A stretch of 56,619 nucleotides of DNA from Priapulus caudatus. Lineage: Eukaryota. The first letter of the stretch is position 1, and each line of letters starts with the position of its first letter. The stretch covers positions 676,875-733,493 of the forward strand of contig NW_014577083.1 of assembly GCF_000485595.1 (NCBI RefSeq), written 5' to 3'. The notes under the pieces were generated by a model. That model saw nothing but the letters and a program-made list of their open reading frames with translations, was not told the origin of the DNA and searched no databases. Positions 1-11,408 of this stretch are shown here, piece by piece. Made by a program: the position numbers and the translations under genes.

Positions 1-155
<155 letters not shown>

Positions 156-481
156 CACATAGCTTCAACGCCCGCCCCACACGCCGTGCAGATTCTAACC
201 GCGTCCACCTCGGAAGCTTTATTTGCTTATACTTCGCACGCTAGGTGTGTGTGAGTCCGAAGCACGAGCATTTATGATCATGATGTCAGACACTACGGGC
301 AAATATTACGCAAAGATTTATCAGAGGGTCCGACAGCGCTCCGACAGCGCTATGGCCTACTATGCCACGCGCCAGTTGTAAGTGGATCATTAACGATGTG
401 AGTGGAAAGGTTACGATGTCGTCACAGGGCTGGTGCGTGGGGTAGGATCGCCCACGGTGAGAGAGAAGTGGTGATTTCCTC

Positions 482-483
482 GC

Positions 484-531
<48 letters not shown>

Positions 532-532
532 A

Positions 533-579
<47 letters not shown>
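482..579. repeat. (CTG)n/(CAG)n trinucleotide repeat, about 32 units with two interruptions
   Basis: Direct observation; it generates the poly-A, poly-L and poly-S ORFs in the track. Confidence 0.95.
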
Positions 580-1235
580 ACCCCCGCCATGCACTCGCGT
601 TGCCTCGCGCTCCCGCAACCCTATATTTGCCCAGCGCAGGGAGTTTGCGATGTACTACCGGCGAAGTGTGGACAGCGGTTTCCAGTTTCAATGTTCGCAG
701 CGGCTCACGTCGAGGGTCGCATGCTAATGTATTTGCTTTTCATTATTGCAGCTCTAGAAATTAGCGACAGCGAGCAGGGAGGGCGTCTTTTGTAAAGAAA
801 ACAGTAACTTCACAGCCCGCTGTTGGTTCACTTTCATTGTACATCTGCCTGCCAGGCGATTTAGACAGAGCCGTAGGCGTAAAATCTCAAATAGGTTGCG
901 TTTCGTTGAGAGCGATAAAGAATTCTACTCTCATGACACAACTTGCGCTAGTGTGTGCGTGCGTGTGTGCAGGCGTGCTTACGTACGCACTTGAGCTTAC
1001 GAACGTGCGTGTGTATATAATCTCACGTGATCTAATAGTTCTTACGTATAATGCTAATTTCGGCATAAGTAGGAGAGATTATCCTGCGAGAGAATAAAAC
1101 ATCGAATGATCATAGAAATGTTGGTTTAGCTCTGCAGTGAAGAGCTATGCACGCTCGCGTGCGATGCTCGCTGTATAATGTTAAAAACACTCATTTCAAT
1201 TGCAATGACATCCATGTATGCTGTGCAGTCTATAG

Positions 1236-1339
1236 CGCTCAAAATACGCTCAAATGCGCTCAAAATACGCTCAAATGCACTCAAAGTACGCTCAAATACG
1301 CTCAAAATACGCTCAAAATACGCGCAAAATACGCTCAAA
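1236..1339. repeat. Ten-unit 10/11-bp tandem array (CGCTCAAAATA / CGCTCAAATG)
   Basis: Units alternate 11 and 10 bp in the first part, giving a 21-bp higher-order period (the ERILSAF repeat in the ORF track). Confidence 0.9.
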
Positions 1340-2053
1340 CGGTAATGATATATCTGTCGGCGAACCCTTGGCGAGACTGATGTAATTACGTATAAAACCT
1401 GCCATCCACAGCGCACACCTCTCGTGCGCGAGGTTTCCACGCATGCATGTGTGTGTATAAATTGCCCCGCACTCATACACGCTCATAGCCGCCGCGCCTG
1501 AGCGTGTATGATAATTGTTTGTATCCAAATTAACGCTGTATGCCCAGCCCTTTCTCCGTCCGCCGTGTATTAGCGATGGAAATTGTAAGCGTGCCCTATC
1601 ATTAGCAGGACGAAATTATTAAAGTTACGCTGGAGCGCGCGAGGCCGTATGGGGTAAAGCGGGGTGTTCGCGGCGGGGGTGCGTGTACGCGCTGCGCACC
1701 GATCCAGTATAAAGTTCATTGGCCATTAAGGAAGCGCTCGCCCGTACGAGATTACTGCGCCAGATTAAAACCGCGACTCGTAACTAGTTTTCGAGTTTTT
1801 CCAAACGCAGCGAACTGTGCAGTACACGGCTGCAATTTCAACCAGCAGTGCTGTTGTGCGTGCGTGTGCGCGTGTGTGCAGGCAGGCAGCGAGGCAGGGA
1901 ACGGGTCGCACCGCAGTTCTGTAGAGCGAACGCTGTAGAGCGAACGCACCGATCTTAGCGTCTTTCTCGCTATATATACGCGGGAGTAAACTCACGCGAG
2001 CTACGCGACTCCGGCGATGACGTCATTCCGAACACGCACGCTCGTCTCTCTCG

Positions 2054-2088
<35 letters not shown>

Positions 2089-2194
2089 CTCTCTCGTACG
2101 TACTACTCCGTCGTTCGTCCGTACGACGTCGTACGACGTACGTACGACACGACGACACCGAACGGACGGNNNNNNNNNNNNNNNNNNNNNNNNN

Positions 2195-3441
2195 GTGTGC
2201 GTGTGCGTGTGCGTGTGCGTGTGCGTGTGCGTGTGAATGTGTGCGTGTAGCGTGTGTGTATGTATAGGGCGTTCACGCGATAGGAATCTATGTGCGGGTG
2301 CTTCTGTTCCGATACTGGTTTACGCATGTCTGTTCACAGGGGGTTTAGCCATTGGGATGTCCTATAGTATGTGGCAGCAATTCACGCCAGATATAGGTAG
2401 GTGGCTATCAGGTTAGTATTAGGATCGATATGTCTACTCTATACCCACGGGTGCAAGAGTTGGGTTTGCTTTTGCCTGTGCATATTTGGAACATTCCTCT
2501 ATGCGTTGACTCAGTATTGAAGTGGGTGTACTGATCATAATTCTAACTAAGGGGGGGGGGGTCACACTGTCTCTCGGGATCTGCTAGCGTGATCAGAGTG
2601 CCGTGATGAACCGCATAGGCTGCTCTATAGTGAAAAGTACGTGAGGAATCGTTTGCCCACCGTGTCAAATAAAGTGCGAATTGCGAGCGAGAAGGAAACC
2701 CATGTGATAGGTGATACTCCTCTACGACAATGTCCCCTATCCCTGCACAAGCCTATACTTCCGCGCGTGCATACCTAACATGTTTCTGTTACAGCATTTC
2801 ACATGTGTAGCCGCGCCCGCCCCACGATCTCTCTCGTACGCCTATATGCAAGTGCGTGCGTATAGTATATCGTTGTGATTATCCTATGATTAGCCCTCCA
2901 AGGCGAAGCAGCAGAAAAACACAGTGCATCAACCATGTTCTTACATGTGCCTGACAACATGGTGATTTCAGCAATTGCTGCCCGGGTGATTACGGGCTAC
3001 CGATTGGCCGTAGACGCTCTCCATAATTCGCATCCCTTCGCCCGCACTTCTCCGCCGCGCGCGCACACGCCTCCAAGAGCGTCGCACGCGCCGCGTCGCA
3101 TCGAACGACGCCGGCGGCAGTCTACGTCGACTGCGCTTGACATGCCCGGCGACTCACAGCGGTTGTCGTCACCCTTTCACGGTCCCCGGATCTTTGCGTA
3201 ACGACATCTTGGTGTTGACAAACAGGCACAGCATGACAGCCACGCGACTATAGTGGGAGGCGGGGGGAAGGAGAGCCACCGAGCGGTTAACGGGGTGCAG
3301 AGAAGATGGTGAGTGAGCGGAGCAAAATAGAGAGAGATAATAGAAAGAGAGTTAACGCATGAGAGAGAAAGAAAGAGGGGAAGGAGAGGGGACATGATAG
3401 AGCGCGAGAAATCGAAAAGCAAGCCAGAGCGAGGGAGAAGC

Positions 3442-3484
<43 letters not shown>

Positions 3485-4040
3485 AAGAAAGAGAGAGAGA
3501 GAGAGAGAGAAAAGCAGAGAAAGAGAAAGAAAGATAGAGAGAGAGAGAGAAAAAAGCAAAGAAAGAGAAAGAGGGAGGGGAGTGCGGAAGATGAAGAGAG
3601 AGAGAGAGTGAGTGAGTGAGCGAAATAAAAGATACTAAAAGATAAAAAAGAGATAAAAAAAAAGAGATACTAAGTGTGTTCACGTGCACGTGTGTGTGGA
3701 TGTATGTGCGGAGGGGGAGAGGGGTTCTCTCAGGAGTCTCTCTCACATTAATTAACAGTGATAGTGCGCTCGGCTGCGCCTCTGTTCAAGCGTAGTAGAC
3801 AAGCGAAGATGACATCACCGAGCGACAGCTCTCCCAGCGTCTCTCTCGCCCCGCTGCTTCTGATACGGCCGCTGCGATGAAAATATGATTAGCGGTACAG
3901 CGATGCAAGCATCGACGATGTGCGTCTAGAGCGCGTCGCTTTAATGGAATCGAACCGGCGACACGCCCCGGCCATAATCACGACATTAACTCACGCGATT
4001 CCGTCGAGTATTGTTGGTGGGGTTACTTCCCGAGGCGACG

Positions 4041-4085
<45 letters not shown>

Positions 4086-7000
4086 GAGAGGAGAAGAGAG
4101 AGAAGAGAGCGGCGCGCAGCGAGAGCGAGAAAGAGAGAGAGAGAGAGCGAAACGTAGAGAGAGCAGAGAGAGAAAGAGAGAAGAAGTCCAGAGCAGAGAG
4201 CGAGAGAGAGAGAGAGAGAGAAAAGTAGAGAGGAGAGAAGAGAGATTTAGCCGCCGACTGGTGTGCACACGGATTGGTGGGTGATGAGAGCGTCTTGTGG
4301 GCGTGTGTTTAATGTAAATAGATGGCGAATGGTGTGAAAGATGGTAACAGGTTACTTCGACAATCAGAGTGAAGGTGTGTGCGGATGGGCCTGATATGAA
4401 AACGTAAGGCTCCGTGTGGCTTGTTTGCGGTCGTGGACGTTTGCGTGTGTTCGTGCGTGCGTGTACTACGTATTTGTTTATGTTTGGAGGTGGCGTGTGT
4501 TGTTTATTTTGGAAGGTGGCGTGTGTTGTTTAGTTTAGAGTGCGTGTGTTGTTTATGTTTAGAGGTGCGTGTGTTTTGTTTATGTTTAGGAGTGCGTAGT
4601 GGTTGTTTATGTTTAGAGGGGCGTGTGGTTGTTTATATGTTGGAGGTGCGTGTGCTTGTTTATGTATTGGAGTTGCGTGTGTGTTGTATGTTTACAGTGT
4701 GGCGTGTTTTATGTTTGGAGTTGCGTGTGTGTTTATGTTTGGAGTTGCGTGTGTTGTTGTATGATATTGAGAGGTGCGTGTGTTTGTTTATGTTTACAGG
4801 TGCGTGGTGTTGTTTATGTTTGGCAGCGTTGGCGTGTGTTGTTTAGTATGTTTGGAGTTGGGTGTGTTGTTTATATGTTTGGAGTTGGGTGTGTTGCTTT
4901 ATGTTTAGAGGGTGCGTGTGTTGTTTACTGTTTGGAGGTGCGTGTGGTTGTTTATGTTTGGAGGTGCGTGTGTTGTTTATTGTTAGAGGGGCGTGTGTGA
5001 TGTTTATGTTTGGGAGGTGCGTGGTTTTTTGTGTGCGGTGTTTGTTTATAGTTTGGAGTTGCGGTGTGTTGTTTTATATGTTTGGAGTTGGGTGTGTTGT
5101 TTTATGTTGGAGTGCGTGTGTGTTTATGGTTTGAGAGGTCGTGTGTTTGTTTATGTTTTGCGCAGGTTGCGTGTGTTGTTTTATGTTTGGAGTTGCGTGT
5201 GTATGTTTTAGTATGTTTGGAGTTTTGCGTGTTTACTGTCTGGAGTGTGTGTTTTTATATGTTTTGGAGTTGCGTGTGTTGTTTATATGTTTTGGAGTTG
5301 GGTGTGTTGTTTTATATGTTTGGTAGGTGCGTGTGTTTTTTATATGTTTGAGTTGCGTGTGTTGTTTATATGTTTGGAGGTGCGTTGGTTGTTGTTTATG
5401 ATGTTGGAGTTGCGTGTAATGTTTTAATGTTTGGAAGGCTGGCGTGTGTTGTTTTTAATGTTTTGGAGCTGCGTGTGTTGTTTATATGTTTGGAGTTGCG
5501 TGTTGTTATCGTTTGATTGCTGTTTATGTTTGGAGTGTGGTGTGGTTGTTTATATGTTTGGAGTTGCGTGGTTATAGTGTGGTTGTTGTTTATATGTTCT
5601 GGGAGTGTTGCGTGTGTTTGAATGGATGCGTTTTGTTTATATGTTTGGATTGTCGGTGTGTTGTTTATGTGTTTGGAGTTTGCGTGTGTTGTTTATGATG
5701 TTTGGAGTTGCGTGTGTTGTTAGTATATGTTTGAGTTGGCGGTGTGTTGTTTATATGTTTTGGAGTGTGCGTGTGTTGTTTATAAATGTGTGTGAGTTGC
5801 GTGTGTGTTTATGATGTTTGGAGTGCGTGTGTTGTTTATGTTTTGGAGGTGGCGTGTGTTGTTTATATGTTGAACGGTGTGTTGTATGTTGAGTGCGTGT
5901 TTATTGGATTGGTGTGTGTTTAGATTAGTGCTTAATGTTGATGTGAGTTGCTGTGTTTGTTTATATGATTTGGAGTTGCGTGTGATGTTTTGTTTAGAGG
6001 TGCGTGGTGTTGTTTAATATGTTTTGGAGTTGGGTGTGTGTTTATATGTTTAGAGTGGCGTGTGTTGTTGTATATGTTTGGAGTGGCGTGTGTTGTTTAT
6101 GTTTCAGAGATGCGCGTTGTGTTGTTTATGTTAGAGGTGCGTGTGTTCCGTTTATAATGTTTAGAGTTTGCGTGTGTTTGTTCATATGTTTGGAGTTGCG
6201 TGTGTTCGTTTATATGTTGGAGTTGCCGTTGTGTTGTTATATGTTTGGAGTTGCGTGTGTTGTTTATATGTTTTGGACGTTGGCCGTGTGTTGTTGTGAT
6301 ATGTTTGGGAGTTGCGTGTGTTTGTTTATATGTTTTGGAGTTGCGTGTGTTTGTTTATATGTGTTTGGAGTTGCGATTGGTGTTGTTTATTATGTTTGGA
6401 GTTGCGTGTGTTTTTATACTGTTTGGAGCTGGCGTGTGTTGTTTATAGTGTTTGGAGTTGCGTGTGTGTGTTTTGATATGTTTGGAGGTCTGGTGTTCAT
6501 GTTTGGTTTGCATTTAGTGTTTGAGTGGGCCTTAATTAATCTGTTTGGAGTGCGTGTGTTTTTATATTGTTTGGAGTTGCACGTGTGTTGTTTATAATGT
6601 TTGAGGTGCGTTGTGCTTGTTTGTATATGTTGGAGGTGCGGTGTGTTGTTGATATGTTTGGAGGTTGACGTGTGTTGTTGTATATGTGCTCTGGGAGTTG
6701 GTGTGTTCCTGCGTCGTGGTACGTGGCGTTTGGTTATGTTTAGACGGTGCGTTGTGTTCGTTCGTGCGTGCGCGCGGGCCATACGTATCAGACGATCCTG
6801 CGTTAAGGGTGGTCTCGCGGTCTCGTCGAACGACGGTCTCCACACTGGCCAACCAGCAGATGTAGATAACGGGATGGCTAATCAAACCACTGCAAATTAT
6901 TTATATAAGGAGTCGTCTAGCTCATCACGGATTCATTGTCTGATATTACAGAAAAACTCGGTGGTCGCCTCGTGGGCACCGTCGGCGGAAATTGTGAACC

Positions 7001-8024
7001 GTAATGAATTTGCGCGCGGGCTGCCCCCACACTGCTGCTGCTGGTCCTGTCGGGCTCATCTAGAGAGGAGCGGTGAGGCATCATTCGCAACGCCGCGCCA
7101 GAACCGCCACCATCTTCGTTTACAACCGGCTGCGTCTAAATCATATCGTGCTGAAACATTGTACCTTTATACATGCCGAGGAGAGAGAGTAATTCAGTGA
7201 TGATACGCAAGCTTACGGGACTTCGTATTATTCGAATGCAGCTTACGCGCGCTTAAAGTTTCAGAGCGATGCCGCCGCAACTGCGGTGAGTACGCGCGTG
7301 TAACGTATACGTTGCGTGAACGTATATGTGACGTGGAGCGTGTGTGCGTGTGGCGTTTGCGTGTGCGTTTTGTTCCGTGCCGCGTTGTGGTCTGTGTGCG
7401 TGTGTGTGCGGGCACGCTGTGAGAGGGCATGTGTGGCGTCAGGGCTGTGCGCGCGCGCTGCGTACGTGCGCGTGGGTGGAGGCTGTAAGCGCTGTTTATT
7501 GCAGCTCTACTACAACGAGCACCCGTATTGTGTCGGCGCGAGCCGGTTGCGATCAGGTCTGTGTGGCCGTGCATCGCTCCCAGCCCAGCTCGCTGTTCCC
7601 TGAGGCTTTGGTGTTTGTCGTCGTTAGTCCTCGTGCCGTCTGTTAATGGGCCGGTTATAAACCGTTGTCTATTAATAGCATTCAAAATACGCACATCACC
7701 GGCCCGCCGGAACTTCAAAAGTCCGCGTCCTTCGTTTTGAATGATAGGACGATGGTGGCTGCTGATGACCGGGGTGGCGAGAGCCGATGTACAGGTGAAA
7801 CCATATATATGCAGTGGGGTTTTTTAACGCAACGCTGTGCGCGCGATGCATGTCTGCATCGCTGGCAGGGTTATATCAATGGAGCAGCTTCGTGGTCTAA
7901 CGATTCTCCCTGCCGCACATGCTGGCAGGCATAGGGGCGTTTCTTTAGTACCCCGTAGATTTTTATACATACGATACTACCGCCCGCACGTCATTGTCAT
8001 TGTTTATATATCGCGTTGTACGGC
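2195..8024 (+). repeat. About 5.8-kb direct near-duplicate of about 13505-19073 (probable assembly redundancy)
   Basis: Same order of unique segments, GA tracts and minisatellite; both contain CGCGTTGTACGGC (ending 8024 and 19073). This copy is bounded by N gaps on both sides, and the differences are mostly small indels. Confidence 0.9.
4470..6750. repeat. Second, indel-rich copy of the 25/27-bp minisatellite
   Basis: Same unit and same flanks as 15790-17920. Confidence 0.9.
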
Positions 8025-8034
8025 NNNNNNNNNN

Positions 8035-8470
8035 TGTATAATGCGGTTATGTGCGTGCGTGCGTGCGTGTGCGTGCGTGTAATAAGTCTATTAATACCAC
8101 GGTGTTGCCTCTTAACGATGTATAATGCGGTTATGTGCGTGCGTGCGTGCGTGTGCGTGCGTGTAATAAGTCTATTAATACCACGGTGTTGCCTCTTAAC
8201 GATGTATAATGCGGTTATGTGCGTGCGTGCGTGCGTGTGCGTGCGTGTAATAAGTCTATTAATACCACGGTGTTGCCTCTTAACGATGTATAATGCGGTT
8301 ATGTGCGTGCGTGCGTGCGTGTGCGTGCGTGTAATAAGTCTATTAATACCACGGTGTTGCCTCTTAACGATGTATAATGCGGTTATGTGCGTGCGTGCGT
8401 GCGTGTGCGTGCGTGTAATAAGTCTATTAATACCACGGTGTTGCCTCTTAACGATGTATAATGCGGTTAT
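8035..8470. repeat. 84-bp tandem repeat, 5 identical copies plus a partial
   Basis: Unit starts at 8035, 8119, 8203, 8287, 8371 and 8455; the array begins right after the 10-N gap at 8025-8034. Confidence 0.95.
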
Positions 8471-9457
8471 GGCGTGAAAACAAAGGCTGCGGTAGCGCGC
8501 GCGGTGCAGTTCGGGTCATTTGCCGCAGACGCCACTGCTCGCAATAAAACTTCGGCTGCTGCAGGCGCGCGTGATGACTCTCCCGTTTGTACAGTAGAGT
8601 CCGCGGCGTACGTCGCTCGACTTCCCCCCCCCACCACCACCCACCCCACCCCGCGCTTTCTCCGGGCAGTGTGAATCGAGCCGGAGTAAACAATATCACA
8701 CGTTGTTATTACTTTACAGCAAAGACGACCGCATCGTGGCGGCGGTGCTTCGTCGCTGCTGCCGACGCCAATAAAGACGAGCCGCCGCGTGCTTATCACG
8801 GGCTCGAGCACCCGCGTACATACGTTTATCAAGTACTCTATCAGCTCCCCTAAATAATTATCAAACATGATTATGAGCTAGGTAAATCCCGCCGAGTGGG
8901 CGCGCGTGTTTGTACTGCGCTGGCGGGTGTGACGTAATTTGTTTGTTTATATCTACGCCCGGGTTCGGGGTGGCGGCTGATCGTGCTAGCGTGGCTGCGA
9001 TCCAGGATCCGCGTTCGGCGCTCCCTTCCGACCGTTTTCTTGTATAGCAATATCCGCGTAATCTACACGCACAGATCCGAAATTCTTATATAAAAAATGC
9101 CTGCGATTAATTTATACGCAACAGGAACGCAACAGGTACGCTACGCACGGAACACGATCACAACACGATCGCAACTGGTACGCAACTCATAAGTTATAAA
9201 CGCAGGTGATTGCAGGTCCAAATTTGAGGTATCTGGCCAGGTTTTGGTAGCGTAAGTGTTGCGAATGTGTTGCGTACCTGTTGCGATCATATTGCGATCG
9301 TGTTGCGTGCCTGTTGCGATCCTGTTGCGTGTGTAGCGTACCCCCAACCTATTGTGCGTATTCCCAGCGTATCCCCAACTTATGCCCTGCGTATCCAACC
9401 TATTAGTTGCGTGTGAGTTGCGTGTTAGTTGCGTACTACATGCGTGTTGTGAAATGG

Positions 9458-9493
9458 TATAAATAGTTGGCCTTTTCTAGATCGGTGTCAGTT
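9458..9493 (+). promoter_or_regulatory. TATA box plus Initiator of the transposase gene
   Basis: TATAAATA at 9458-9465 and TCAGTT at 9488-9493. The TATA starts 32 nt upstream of the Inr A (9490), and the ATG follows at 9519. Confidence 0.65.
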
Positions 9494-9518
9494 GTTGGTG
9501 GACCTCCGAGGTGACAAC

Positions 9519-10703
9519 ATGAAGCTACCTCTTGCTGTTATTGGACATCAGTTTAAGCTGGTCAATTTAGCACTCCAACACATACGGAATAAAATAAACA
9601 GAAGTGGGAGAAGAAGAAGAAGAAGAAGAAGAAGAAGAAGAAGAAGAAGAAGAAGAAGAAGAAGAAGAAGAAGAAGAAGAGTGTGGTTTAGACCATGGAT
9701 TAGCAGGCGCCTTCACTTTGGTCTCTACGACCAACTTCTTGTGGAGCTCCGGAACGAGGACCAAGGTGCATTCAAGAACGTCATGAGGATGCCCCCCGAG
9801 ATGTACGATGAACTGCTACGAAGAGTTGGTCCTCGCATCACAAAGCAAAACACCAAGTACAGGTTGCCCCATGCCCCTGGCCTGAAGCTGGCAGTCACTT
9901 TGCGGGACCTGGCTTCGGGTATCAAGTACTCAGACATTCAGTACGGATGGAGGGCACCAGACAACACCAACTCAGTCGTGGTCCGTGAGGTTTGCCAAGC
10001 CATTATTGATGAGTACCTGGAGGCGGTGATGACCTGCCCCACCACTCTTGAGGGATGGCGTGCCATATCAGACAACTTCATGAAGAGGTGAAACTTTTCC
10101 TATACATGTGGGGCCCTAGATGGGAAGCACGTGGCATGCAGGAGTCCCCCCAACAGTGGATCCATGTATTACAACTACAAGGGGTTCTACTCTGTGGTGC
10201 TCCTGGCCCTCGTAGATGCTGATTACAAATTCATCTGGGCAGACTTAGGGTGGTTTAGGTTCTTCATCAGACGCCCAAATCTACAATAACTGCGAGCTGT
10301 AGGAATATGTGGAAGGGGATAACATCGGAGTTCCACGACCAAATCCTCTACCCCATGACACCCACGATGTACCCTACTACTTCATCGGAGACGATGCATT
10401 CGCCCTCAGAGAGACCATGATGAAGCTCTACGGACTCCGTGGTCTGGATGATAACCACAGGATCTTTAATTACCGGCTTTCCCGTGCCAGGAGGGTTGTG
10501 GAAAATGCCTTTGGCATCCTAGCCAACCGATTCCAGGTTATGCTTGGCACCATGCAGCATCTTCCAAAAAATTTCAAGCTCGTAACCAAAACCTGCATTT
10601 GCCTGCACAATCTCATGAGGATACGCTACCCTGGTCTACAGAATCAGCAGCTCGACCGTGGGAAGAACAACGGTGTCATCATCGCTGGACACTGGAGAGA
10701 TGG
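9519..10703 (+). pseudogene. PIF/Harbinger (HARBI1-like, DDE_Tnp_4) transposase pseudogene
   Basis: Joined translation: MKLPLAV...VWFRPWISRR...FKNVMRMPPEMYDELL...KLAVTLRDLASG...NFMKR*NFSYTCGALDGKHV...YYNYKGFYSVVLLALVDADYKFIWADLG/[+1]GLGSSSDAQIYNNCEL*EY...FIGDDAFAL...FNYRLSRARRVVENAFGILANRF...CLHNLMR. Catalytic D at 10119-10121, D at 10390-10392, E at 10501-10503. TGA at 10089-10091, extra G at about 10248-10250, TAG at 10300-10302; similarity appears to end after GHWRDG. Confidence 0.93.
9609..9680 (+). repeat. (AGA)24 trinucleotide repeat, in frame in the transposase (poly-Arg)
   Basis: 72 nt pure repeat between RSG and VWFRPW. Confidence 0.95.
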
Positions 10704-11284
10704 ATATTTATGGAGTTTTTATACAGGTTTTTACCACGTGACCGATATTCGCAACTAGCACGCAGGTCCAACGCAACTTGTAAGTTTGGAACGCAACTCA
10801 CACGCAACTCGCACGCAACTCGTACGCAGGTGATCGCAGATATTGGGGGATGATTAAGTTCAGTTCGACACCCACACGCAACCCAACGCATCAACACGCA
10901 ACCATAGATTGAATAGGTTAGAAATCGACAAAATTGTTGATTTGGGTTGCGTTTGGTGGCGTATAAAATATTTTTGCACGCAACTCATAGGTTTCAGCAT
11001 ACGCTATGGTGTGAGGGCACCTTTTGTCGTGTTTAGGCGCTGACTCAGCCGCGTATGATGCTGCATCATCATCATCATCATCATAATCATCATCATCATC
11101 ATCATCATCATCATGTAAGTATGAGGACATCGCCTCGACTATGCGAGTACGTGGAACTTAAAACCGCGGAGGAACCCATCAGCATTGCATGGAAGGCCTA
11201 TTAAAAATGTGATCTCGTGTTCGTAGAAGCGTTTATAAGTGGCGCTGGTCCGTGACAACGGTGCGATATGCCTCTGTAGTAGGC

Positions 11285-11370
11285 GTGCGCGTGCGTGGGT
11301 GCGTTGTGTGTGTATGTCGTGTGTGTGTGTGTGTGGTGTGTTTGTGTGCGTGCGTGCGTGTGTGCGTAGC

Positions 11371-11408
<38 letters not shown>

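Larger units (their letters stand above)
9110..11022 (+). mobile_element. Decayed PIF/Harbinger DNA transposon (internally deleted; left terminus not recognised)
   Basis: Contains a Harbinger-type transposase pseudogene. It is flanked by ACGCAAC/GTTGCGT subterminal repeats in inverted orientation (e.g. 9405-9434 vs 10791-10820) and ends in GTGTGAGGGCACCT (11009-11022), which resembles Harbinger TIRs. No matching left TIR or TSD was seen, so the left boundary is approximate. Confidence 0.8.

Noticed and set aside
286..764. Poly-Ala, poly-Leu and poly-Ser ORFs
   Set aside because: They are three frames of the (CTG)n repeat, with no domain-like flanks.
8016..8477. 84-bp repeat as a CRISPR-like array or repeat protein
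   Set aside because: Units are contiguous and identical with no unique spacers, the context is eukaryotic with no cas genes, and the ORF start lies across a gap.
9492..10758. Two separate intact genes or a functional domesticated HARBI1
   Set aside because: The two ORFs are pieces of one transposase broken by TGA, a frameshift and TAG, inside transposon-type subterminal repeats.
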